A stretch of DNA of 64,000 nucleotides from Parcubacteria group bacterium (lineage in GTDB: Bacteria; Patescibacteriota; Minisyncoccia; Phycocordibacterales; DATDWN01). The position numbers and the translations under genes are program-made. Positions 45,819 to 53,826 of the stretch are shown piece after piece (within the stretch, counting starts at the first letter, position 1; each line of letters begins with the position of its first letter). Where the stretch lies: NCBI GenBank assembly GCA_039740895.1, contig JBCLGS010000002.1, positions 258 to 64,257 of the forward strand, in the 5' to 3' direction. The notes under the pieces were generated by a model, which was given only the letters and a program-made list of their open reading frames with translations, searched no databases and was not told the DNA's origin.

Positions 45819-46631
45819 ATGGAGGTTCCAATGGAACAAGACAAAAACTTCCCCTTAAACAAGGGAATAGCAGTGATTATGGGGCTGTTCCACATCGGAG
45901 CCGTCCTCGCTTTGTTCTTTACAACCCCAAACAGAATCCTTCTTGGATTCACTGTTTGGGCAATCGTAAGCAGTGTCGGCATCGGAGTCTGCTACCATCG
46001 TCTACTCACCCATAGGGGATACGAGACATATAAATGGCTAGAGTATTTGATGGCGACAATCGCTGCACTCGGTCAACAAAGCTTGGCAATCATCTGGGTG
46101 GCTCTTCATAGGATTCACCATAAGTTCACCGAACAACCAGGCAAAGACCCGCACACACCTCGAGATGGTCGCTGGTGGAGCCATATGGATTGGATTCTGC
46201 ATCCAAATCCAGAGTTCCAAAATAGCGTCTTCCTGAACAAGTGGGTACCTGACCTCATCCGACAACCATTCTACCGGAAACGCTACATTCAGTGGTTACC
46301 GACTGTAGTACTAGCTACACTCTGCCTTATCTTTGGTGGAGTTCCTGCTGTACTGTGGGGAGTCACATTACCGGTTGTGGTCGGCTGGCACCAAACATGG
46401 CTTGTCAATTCGGCAACTCATATCTGGGGTAAAAGACGCTTCGATACACCAGACGATTCTCGCAATCTCTGGTGGGTCGGGTTGCTGGCTTGGGGCGAGG
46501 GGTGGCATAACAACCATCATTACGACCCAGTTCGGGCACGGCATGGTATTGTTTGGTACGAGTTCGATGTGAACTGGTACTTCATCAAAACCCTTCAGTT
46601 CTTTGGGTTAGTATGGAAGGTAAAAGACTAA
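45819..46631 (+). CDS. acyl-CoA/acyl-lipid delta-9 fatty acid desaturase (membrane, three His boxes)
   Basis: HRLLTH, HRIHHKF and GEGWHNNHHYDP match the stearoyl-CoA desaturase His-box signature; GC near 50%, well above the window average. Confidence 0.8.
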   Translation: MEVPMEQDKNFPLNKGIAVIMGLFHIGAVLALFFTTPNRILLGFTVWAIVSSVGIGVCYHRLLTHRGYETYKWLEYLMATIAALGQQSLAIIWVALHRIHHKFTEQPGKDPHTPRDGRWWSHMDWILHPNPEFQNSVFLNKWVPDLIRQPFYRKRYIQWLPTVVLATLCLIFGGVPAVLWGVTLPVVVGWHQTWLVNSATHIWGKRRFDTPDDSRNLWWVGLLAWGEGWHNNHHYDPVRARHGIVWYEFDVNWYFIKTLQFFGLVWKVKD

Positions 46632-46647
46632 CTCGGTATCAATCGCA

Positions 46648-46690
46648 ATCCGCTTCACAACAAAATCTGTTGGAGGAGCGGATTTTGTTT
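46648..46690 (+). terminator. rho-independent terminator after the desaturase gene (ATCCGCT..AGCGGAT + TTTTGTTT)
   Basis: Hairpin 17 bp after the desaturase stop. Confidence 0.5.
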
Positions 46691-46916
46691 AGTTAGCAAG
46701 GGCGACATTTGCGAAGTTCGTCAGAATGCTCGAGTACACAATTAGGGCAACAAATTATTTTGTATTTCATATAGTAAATAACTCACCTTTTGAATTCTTC
46801 CGTGCGGTAAGTATACCAGAGTTTGCGTCCAAAGTATTTAATACTCTATACCCCTCGTTACCTATGGGTATAAATTTATCGTTTAGATTTATAAAATATG
46901 GATGTGGATAACTTAG

Positions 46917-46958
46917 CTTTGCCTTTCGGCTTCCGTTCGGTTATAATCAAATGGTAGC
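46917..46958 (+). promoter_or_regulatory. sigma70-like promoter TTGCCT-17-TATAAT for the LexA-methyltransferase gene
   Basis: Near-consensus hexamers ending 25 bp upstream of the ATG at 46981; the spacer contains a TTCGG direct repeat and is followed by the ATTGCAAT palindrome. Confidence 0.45.
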
Positions 46959-46980
46959 GTAAATTGATCTTAATTGCAAT

Positions 46981-48558
46981 ATGTCAAACCTCACAAAAAA
47001 GCAAAAACAAGTCTTCGACTTTATAAATACCTATATTGCCGAAAATGGCATATCTCCGACCATAGAAGAAATACGAAAAAAACTGAAACTCAAAGCAGTT
47101 TCTACTATTCACGAACATATCAATTCCCTCAGAGATAAGGGATATCTCTCAAAGTCTGAAAATTCAGCTAGAAGTCTATTGTTAAAGAAAGAAATCAAGT
47201 CTGTTGTTGAGATTCCTATTGTTGGGCGAATTACTGCGGGATATCCAATAGAAGCGATTGAAAATACAGAAGACACAATTTCCATAATCAATCCTAGTAT
47301 AAAAACTGCCGAGGGATACTATGCTTTGCGTGTTGTTGGGGACAGTATGATTGGTGAAGGAATTTTTGATAACGATATCGTGATAATCAAAAAACAATCG
47401 GTGGCTGAAAATGGACAAACAGTGGTTGCTATTATTGACGATAATGAAGCAACTTTAAAGAAATTGTATCGAGATAAAAATAGATTTAGATTGGAACCTA
47501 GAAATCAATCGATGCTTCCTTTTTACAGAAAAGAAGTAGAGGTCAGAGGTGTTGTCGTTCAAATAATAAGTAATATAAATAATGAAACAGTAGATATTCC
47601 TTCTAAAAAGACTAAGCATGGATTCAAAACAATCGATCTTTTTGCTGGAGTCGGTGGTATACGATTAGGTTTTGAAAATGCCGGATTCAAAACAGTTTTT
47701 GCAAATGATTTTGAGCCAAAATGTAAAGACACTTATGACCTTAATTTTAAAGATTCAAAGTTGGTTATTGAGGATATTAGAAAAATCGGGATTGACGATT
47801 TACCAAAGTTTGATTTCTTGCTCGGAGGATTCCCTTGTCAGGCTTTTTCTATTGCAGGATATAGGCAAGGTTTTAATGATGAGAAAGGCAGAGGCAATTT
47901 ATTTTTTGATATTGTAAGAATTCTTGATGCACGAAAACCTGAAGGTTTTCTACTTGAAAATGTAAAAAACTTGAAAAGCCATGATGGAGGTAAAACATTT
48001 CAAATAATTCTAGACACCTTAGAAAGTCTTGGCTATTATGTCAAAACAAAAGTTTTAAATAGTATGGAGTACGGAAATATCCCGCAAAATAGAGAGCGTA
48101 TTTATATCATAGGTTTTAGAAATAAAGACTATTCAGATAAATTTGAGTTTCCTAGCCCAGTAAAATTAACTGTAAAAATTACTGATTTATTAGAGAAAAA
48201 TGTACCTGAAAAATACTATTACAATGGCAAGCCATTGTTCGAAAAATTAAAAGGCTCTATAAAAGAAGAAGGAAAAGTATATCAATGGCGTAGGCAGTAT
48301 GTCCGAGAAAACAAAAGAGGTGTTTGTCCGACACTAACCGCAAATATGGGTACAGGTGGACATAATGTGCCAATCATAAAAGATAAAAAAGGTATCAGAA
48401 AATTAACCCCGCTTGAATGTGCACGAATACAAGGTTTTCCAAGTAGTTATAAAATACCTAAACTTGCAGATTCTGCTTTATATAAGCAATTTGGGAACTC
48501 TGTTAGTGTCCCAGTTATTGAAGCTGTCGGAAAACAGATGATGAAAGCAATGGAATAA
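46981..48558 (+). CDS. fusion protein: full LexA-like repressor (wHTH + S24 self-cleaving peptidase) joined to a C5 cytosine-specific DNA methyltransferase
   Basis: Residues 1-~200: LexA DNA-binding domain (QVFDFINTYIAENGISPTIEEIRKKL), cleavage-site region GRITAGYPIEA, catalytic GDSM Ser and TLKKLY Lys, C-terminal VRGVVVQIIS. Residues ~215-525: MTase motif I DLFAGVGG, IV GFPCQAFS, VI ENV, VIII QNRERIY, X GNSVSVPV. Single uninterrupted frame verified across the junction (47521-47700). Confidence 0.85.
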   Translation: MSNLTKKQKQVFDFINTYIAENGISPTIEEIRKKLKLKAVSTIHEHINSLRDKGYLSKSENSARSLLLKKEIKSVVEIPIVGRITAGYPIEAIENTEDTISIINPSIKTAEGYYALRVVGDSMIGEGIFDNDIVIIKKQSVAENGQTVVAIIDDNEATLKKLYRDKNRFRLEPRNQSMLPFYRKEVEVRGVVVQIISNINNETVDIPSKKTKHGFKTIDLFAGVGGIRLGFENAGFKTVFANDFEPKCKDTYDLNFKDSKLVIEDIRKIGIDDLPKFDFLLGGFPCQAFSIAGYRQGFNDEKGRGNLFFDIVRILDARKPEGFLLENVKNLKSHDGGKTFQIILDTLESLGYYVKTKVLNSMEYGNIPQNRERIYIIGFRNKDYSDKFEFPSPVKLTVKITDLLEKNVPEKYYYNGKPLFEKLKGSIKEEGKVYQWRRQYVRENKRGVCPTLTANMGTGGHNVPIIKDKKGIRKLTPLECARIQGFPSSYKIPKLADSALYKQFGNSVSVPVIEAVGKQMMKAME

Positions 48559-48563
48559 GAAAA

Positions 48564-49655
48564 TTATTTTATATATTTCCTTATATTATCAAGCATAACA
48601 TTCTCCTTATTTGGGATTTTATCTATAATAGATTTATGCATAAAATATTCACCATTTTTTGAACTAGACCTATCTAATAACTGGAACTTGATGATATAGG
48701 TTTTATTTGTTTCTAATTCTATGTCATTTATTTTTGCCTTACCTATTGTATATATTGTAATTGAGCTTTTACTGTTTTTCAAAACCTGAATTTTGTCTGC
48801 ATTTTCAACATATATATCAATTAATTTGTGCTTTCTATTGTTATCCAATTTATTTTCTTTCCAACTATATAAATTATCTATTTTTTTATTTACCCAATCT
48901 GAAAAAGACGCGGTTCGTGGTAGTATTCTTGGTGTTCGAGTTTCGTTTATTCCCTTTATGTAAAATGGACTTTCTCCTTCATTGCATAAGTTGGAATACT
49001 GCATAAAATCACTCGCTAAACAAACTGTAATAAGTCTCAGGGAGCCTAAATTCGTGTTATCCCGTCTAATCTTTGTAACTGATGATAGATCTTTATCTAC
49101 ATTTGTCTTTATAAAAACACTGTCGTCCATTTTTAATTTATCATAAACATCTTCACTTATAACTGTTTTCTCAAAAAAAGGCAGTAAATAATCACTATCA
49201 AGATCTGTCTCAACCATTACAAGATATTGCTTGTCGTAACCTTGATTTCTCAAACTAACCATATACTGTCCTTTTTTGAATGATTTAACTTCAATTTGCG
49301 GAGCATTATCTAAGGCACACCATTTATTCACATACTCGACAAATGGTATTGCCTTTGTTCCAATTTTTACACCCAGAACATCTGGGGCAATACCAGATTT
49401 TTTAGGGTTATATTCATAATAATCAGATATAACTTCTAGATTATCTGCTATTTTAGGAAGAAAATATTTATTAAAAATAATACTTTCAGGAATGATATTA
49501 ATCCAACGATCAAATACGCCTCCAATATAATCGCTTTTCCCACTAAGACCCCCGTACATTCTGCCTCGCTGAGCCATTGAGCAGACAAAATAGATGTATG
49601 GAACGACATCTTGTTTACTGATTATAATTTTATTGATTTTTGGCATCATTTTCAT
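48564..49655 (-). CDS. putative type II restriction endonuclease cognate to the adjacent C5-MTase (hypothetical protein by sequence)
   Basis: 363 aa; convergent with the MTase gene and 5 bp from it, the typical R-M arrangement; candidate PD...EVK catalytic residues (IAPDV ... LDNAPQIEVK); no family-level similarity recognised. Confidence 0.4.
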   Translation of the reverse strand: MKMMPKINKIIISKQDVVPYIYFVCSMAQRGRMYGGLSGKSDYIGGVFDRWINIIPESIIFNKYFLPKIADNLEVISDYYEYNPKKSGIAPDVLGVKIGTKAIPFVEYVNKWCALDNAPQIEVKSFKKGQYMVSLRNQGYDKQYLVMVETDLDSDYLLPFFEKTVISEDVYDKLKMDDSVFIKTNVDKDLSSVTKIRRDNTNLGSLRLITVCLASDFMQYSNLCNEGESPFYIKGINETRTPRILPRTASFSDWVNKKIDNLYSWKENKLDNNRKHKLIDIYVENADKIQVLKNSKSSITIYTIGKAKINDIELETNKTYIIKFQLLDRSSSKNGEYFMHKSIIDKIPNKENVMLDNIRKYIK

Positions 49656-49753
49656 ATTACTTAACGAAATAGTCTAAAGGCTTTTTGTAAAGTTTTGCGA
49701 ATTCTTTCAACTGTAAAACATCAAATCGTCTTTATCCTGATTCTATTTTTTGG

Positions 49754-49822
49754 CTGCGGGACTTGGGGTCGAACCAAGATTCACGCTTTCAGAGAGCGTT
49801 TGCCTACCATTAGCAGATCCCG
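49754..49822 (-). tRNA. tRNA-Gln (anticodon CUG)
   Basis: Cloverleaf: acceptor GCGGGAT/GTCCCGC, anticodon stem ACGCT/AGCGT with loop CTCTGAA (CUG), T-arm CTTGG-TTCGACC-CCAAG; no encoded CCA. Confidence 0.7.
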
Positions 49823-49883
49823 CAATATTTTATTATCAAACTTACTAATCCCCCTCTATTTTAAGTAATATTTAGTTGCGTTA

Positions 49884-49929
49884 CTGCTGTTTGTATTCAA
49901 TCGCTTTGCTCTTGAACAAACAGGGAGCC
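49884..49929 (-). repeat. family D hairpin element, inverted copy 2
   Basis: ctgctgtttgtattcaatcgctttgctcttgaacaaacagggagcc is the reverse complement of 22745-22790 with a compensatory stem change. Confidence 0.75.
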
Positions 49930-49977
49930 TTACCCGCCCGCCACGCAAGCCGAAGTGTGCGAGGCGTTGCGGGCGGG

Positions 49978-49999
49978 CCATTAGCAGATCCCGCAATAC
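49978..49999. repeat. 21-bp duplicate of the 5-prime end of tRNA-Gln (ccattagcagatcccgcaata), 155 bp beyond the intact tRNA
   Basis: Exact repeat of 49806-49826; the intervening segment holds a family D hairpin and a GC-rich inverted repeat (cccgcccgc...gcgggcggg). Confidence 0.8.
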
Positions 50000-50170
50000 A
50001 AACACTTATCAGAATACCCGAAAAACGGCATTTTTACAAGGAAAAAAGACATAAAAAAAGGCGTCGACTGAGTGGAGAAGGATGTCAGCGCCTTTGAACA
50101 GCTGGAGTTCCGTTACTCAGCAGTTCGTCATAATAATTCTAGACCTTTGCAAAACAAAGTCAAGCAAAAA

Positions 50171-51850
50171 TTATTTCTTCCCTTTTATACAAGCCAACAC
50201 GAATGCAGAAAAAAGAGGGTGGGGGTGAAGTGGGCGAGCTTTAAACTCTGGATGGAATTGTGTGCCAAGGAAAAATGGGTGAACTTCTTTTGGCAATTCT
50301 ACGATTTCCATAAGTCGTCCATCAGGTGAAGTGGCTGAGAAAATCATTCCAGCTTTTTCTATTTCGGCGATGTATTCTGGATTTACTTCGTAGCGATGTC
50401 GATGTCTCTCGGATATCTCACAAACACTAGGTGTCTGTAAATAATTGTATGATCCGTACGCGATAGTCCCTTCTTTCAAAATTGCAGGATAAGCTCCGAG
50501 TCGCATGGTTGCACCGTATTTGTTTTCTTCCAAAAGTTTTTTCTGCTCTGGCATAATATCAATAACAACATGCGAAGAGTTTGGATTTATTTCCGCTGTG
50601 TGTGCATCCTCCCATCCGACAACATTTCTGGCATATTCAATGACAGCGAGCTGCATACCATAGCAAAGTCCAAAATATGGAATTTTATTTTTTCGAACAT
50701 ATTCAATAGCCATGAGAACACCTTCAATACCACTTTCTCCGAAACCTCCAGGAACAATCACTCCATCATATTTTTTTAATTCTGCAATTTTATTTCCTGG
50801 TTTCTTTGGGTCAGTTTCATACTCTTTGGAATTTATCCATGTTAGATTTGTATTTGCGTCATTCCAGTATGAAGAAAACTTCACAGCCTCAATGACAGAA
50901 ACATAAGCGTCCGAGAGAACAAAATCCCCTGTGTCAAAATATTTTCCAACAACAGCAATGTTTAATTCTTTCTTTCCATTTTTTGATTTCTGAACAAATT
51001 TTCTCCATTCATATAAATCACCATTGTGTGATTTGGTTCTCATGTGGAGCGCCTTCATTATTACGCTAGCTATTTTATCTTTCTCAAAGTTTAGCGGTAC
51101 ATCATACACACTTTCTATATCAGGAGCAGAAATAACATTTTCTGTTGGAAGAGCACAAGAAAAAGCTATTTTTTCTTTTCTCTTGTAGTCCAGTGGCAAT
51201 GCGCTACGAGCAATGATGATGTCTGGTTGAACACCGTATGAATTTAGCTGTCGAACAGCATTCTGTGTAGGTCGTGTTTTCATCTCACCGAGAGAGCCTG
51301 GAATAGGAAGATAGGAAACCATGACAAAAGCCACATCATGCGGAGATTTTATTTTCAAAATTCTGGACGCCTCGATAAACATGATATTTTGATAATCCCC
51401 AATCGTTCCTCCGATTTCAATAAGTGATACATCGGACTGGTGGTCGTTTGCGGACTTTCTCCAACGACGAATAATTTCTTCTGTAATGTGTGGAATAGCT
51501 TCTACACACTTACCTTTGTAACCAAGATTTCTTTCTTTCTCAATAACATATTTATAGACCATACCAGATGTAATGTAGTCATCTGGACCAAGCTCGATCT
51601 CCATAAATCGCTCATAGTTTCCCATGTCCTGATCTGTCTCAAGTCCAGAATCAAGCACAAAAACTTCACCATGCTCAGTAGGGTTCATGTTTCCAGCATC
51701 CACATTTAAATAAGGGTCAACCTTTATTGGGTTGACCTTGAAGCCCTTGCTCTGAAGAATTTTTCCGATTGATGCTGATGCTATACCTTTGCCGACTCCT
51801 GACATTACTCCCCCAACAATAAATATGAATTTGTGATTTTTCTTTTTCAT
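50171..51850 (-). CDS. pyrG: CTP synthase
   Basis: N-terminal synthetase domain (FIFIVGGVMSGVGKG) and C-terminal class I glutamine amidotransferase (GLCYGMQLAVIEYARN, HPEF); start taken at MKKKN. Confidence 0.95.
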   Translation of the reverse strand: MKKKNHKFIFIVGGVMSGVGKGIASASIGKILQSKGFKVNPIKVDPYLNVDAGNMNPTEHGEVFVLDSGLETDQDMGNYERFMEIELGPDDYITSGMVYKYVIEKERNLGYKGKCVEAIPHITEEIIRRWRKSANDHQSDVSLIEIGGTIGDYQNIMFIEASRILKIKSPHDVAFVMVSYLPIPGSLGEMKTRPTQNAVRQLNSYGVQPDIIIARSALPLDYKRKEKIAFSCALPTENVISAPDIESVYDVPLNFEKDKIASVIMKALHMRTKSHNGDLYEWRKFVQKSKNGKKELNIAVVGKYFDTGDFVLSDAYVSVIEAVKFSSYWNDANTNLTWINSKEYETDPKKPGNKIAELKKYDGVIVPGGFGESGIEGVLMAIEYVRKNKIPYFGLCYGMQLAVIEYARNVVGWEDAHTAEINPNSSHVVIDIMPEQKKLLEENKYGATMRLGAYPAILKEGTIAYGSYNYLQTPSVCEISERHRHRYEVNPEYIAEIEKAGMIFSATSPDGRLMEIVELPKEVHPFFLGTQFHPEFKARPLHPHPLFSAFVLACIKGKK

Positions 51851-51911
51851 TCTGATTTCTGAGTTCTGATTAATTAAATAATAAAACATCATCCCAACCA
51901 AATTGGAAAGC

Positions 51912-52841
51912 TTAAACTTTTAAATACTTGCGTATGGCGAAATAACTGGAAACCGCTCCGAGGGCAATACCAGAACCAACTAATATCATGAAAATTTGTC
52001 CGAAGTTTGCCGTGTAATAGTGGAAAATATTTAGACCGACGAAAAAGTCCTCTGTCTTGCTTCCAAGCCAAATGGTGACAGGGTAGAAAATAATCAGAGT
52101 GATTATGGCTGATATAAATCCGTAAATAACACCGGCTACGAAAAATGGCCCACGGATGTAGCTGGCCGAAGCCCCCACAAGACGCATAACAGAAATCTCA
52201 TCTCTAGACATATAAATAACTAATCTAATTGTGTTAAATGTGATTAACAAAGAAATAACAATAAGGAAAATAGTCAATGCAAAACCAAGACTATTGGCAG
52301 AATTTATAATTTTTGTTAGACGGTCAATAGCATCTTTGTTCTGCAAATAATTTACCTTATCTATCAGATTCCCACCATCTGAGGGGAGTGCATTCTTACC
52401 CTGCAAAAACTGAGCGATACTTTCATACTGTGAAGGGTCTTTTGCTTTTATATTTAAAGTTGCACCAAGTGGATTGTCTCCGAGTTCGTCTAGTGCTTGA
52501 AGGGTGAACTGGTCATTCTGATGGCGTTGTTTGAAAGTAGCCAAAGCATCTTCTCGAGATACATATATTACAGGAGGGGCAACCTCAGCAAGTTGTTCTA
52601 GATTTTTCTTCAGTGACATTATATCGTCCTCTCCAGCTGTGTTAACAAAATAAACATTTATATCAACTTTGTTTTTTATTTCTGTTAGGGTCGATTTCAA
52701 TATTGCTCCAGAAAAAATAGTTGAGCCGATGACAAAAAGAGTTACCACCATAACCAGTACGGAAGAAAGTGAAACAAATCCGTTACGCCAAAAACTAAAA
52801 AAGCCCGCACGAATTATTCTTTTTGTATTTACCCAAATCAT
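51912..52841 (-). CDS. ftsX: cell division protein FtsX-like permease
   Basis: 309 aa, four TM helices with a large extracellular loop, immediately downstream of ftsE. Confidence 0.8.
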   Translation of the reverse strand: MIWVNTKRIIRAGFFSFWRNGFVSLSSVLVMVVTLFVIGSTIFSGAILKSTLTEIKNKVDINVYFVNTAGEDDIMSLKKNLEQLAEVAPPVIYVSREDALATFKQRHQNDQFTLQALDELGDNPLGATLNIKAKDPSQYESIAQFLQGKNALPSDGGNLIDKVNYLQNKDAIDRLTKIINSANSLGFALTIFLIVISLLITFNTIRLVIYMSRDEISVMRLVGASASYIRGPFFVAGVIYGFISAIITLIIFYPVTIWLGSKTEDFFVGLNIFHYYTANFGQIFMILVGSGIALGAVSSYFAIRKYLKV

Positions 52842-52902
52842 GTTATGTATATATATTATCTTAAAAATCTATCTAAGTCACTATTGAAACTTTCTAATTT
52901 TA

Positions 52903-53008
52903 GCCAAGGTCAAGGCGAAATGTGAAAAATAATTCGAGCCATACTTGTCGTATGGTGAGGATTATTTTTCACATTTCAACGCAGAGATTGGCCAAATTTG
53001 GAAGTTTC
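52903..53008 (+). repeat. family B structured repeat, copy 4
   Basis: ccaaggtcaaggc-GAAATGTGAAAAATAAT-tcgaGCCATACttgtcGTATGGtgagg-ATTATTTTTCACATTTC-aacgcagagattggccaaatttggaagtttcag; 17-bp perfect outer stem. Confidence 0.8.
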
Positions 53009-53687
53009 AGATTATGTATTTTCCTTGCTTATCATCTCGCACAATACGACCATTCTCCATAGTAATCACTCTTTTCCCTAGTGAATCAATTACCCCCTTA
53101 TTATGTGTAGTCAGAATCACTGTCGTTCCAAGGTCGTTTATTTTCTTCAATATCTGGACAATATCATATGTATTATGTGGGTCTAGGTTTCCAGTGGGTT
53201 CGTCGGCAATAATGACATCTGGCTGGTTCACTATGGCTCGTGCAATAGCCACTCTCTGCTTCTCTCCTCCAGAAAGCTCGTGTGGGAAGTTCCATATTTT
53301 CTTTCCTATATCAACCAATTCCAAAACATGTGGCACATCTGCTTCTATTTCGTCATCAGATCGTCCCGCTGCTTCCATAGCAAAAGCAATGTTTTCATAA
53401 ACATTTTTATTTGGAATAAGCCGAAAATCTTGAAAAACTACGCCAATTTTTCGACGAAATTCGTTTATCTGATTTTTATTTAGAGTGTGAATATCTGTTG
53501 ATTCAAAAAATATTTTACCCTCGCTTGGCTTTTCCTCAGCCAAAAACATTTTAAGAAGAGTTGTCTTGCCAGCACCAGAATGTCCCACAATAGAAACAAA
53601 TTCCTTTGGCTCAACTGAGAAAGAAATGTTTTCCAAAGCTATTGAATTGTCCGCGTAAATTTTAGATACTTTATCAAAATAAATCAT
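53007..53687 (-). CDS. ftsE: cell division ABC transporter ATP-binding protein FtsE
   Basis: Walker A GHSGAGKTT, signature LSGGEKQRVAIARA, Walker B IIADEPTGNLD; start taken at MIYFDKV. Confidence 0.85.
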   Translation of the reverse strand: MIYFDKVSKIYADNSIALENISFSVEPKEFVSIVGHSGAGKTTLLKMFLAEEKPSEGKIFFESTDIHTLNKNQINEFRRKIGVVFQDFRLIPNKNVYENIAFAMEAAGRSDDEIEADVPHVLELVDIGKKIWNFPHELSGGEKQRVAIARAIVNQPDVIIADEPTGNLDPHNTYDIVQILKKINDLGTTVILTTHNKGVIDSLGKRVITMENGRIVRDDKQGKYII

Positions 53688-53826
53688 ACTTTCATTATAC
53701 TCTAAATGCCACAATGCACCAAATACTTTTTGCAGACTATTTCCGCACAACGGAAATCGAACAGAAATAATGTTTTGTCGTAGACAAGAACATTTTTCTG
53801 AAGGCAGAAAAGTTTTGGGACCAAAA

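Noticed and set aside
46920-46980. A LexA/SOS box upstream of the LexA-MTase gene
   Set aside because: No GAAC-N4-GTTC or CTGT-N8-ACAG palindrome is present there (only TTCGG direct repeats and an ATTGCAAT palindrome), so no SOS box is claimed for this promoter.
49823-49978. Classical integrated genomic island bounded by tRNA-derived att repeats
   Set aside because: The direct repeats are only ~150 bp apart and no integrase is nearby; I looked for a matching repeat on the far side of the R-M genes and found none. Interpreted as a small insertion or scar rather than an island boundary pair.
49876-50329. ORFs 49876..50097 (+) and 50072..50329 (+)
   Set aside because: They lie in the GC-rich repeat/hairpin region next to tRNA-Gln and antisense to the pyrG 3-prime end; Arg/Lys-rich low-complexity translations; judged spurious.
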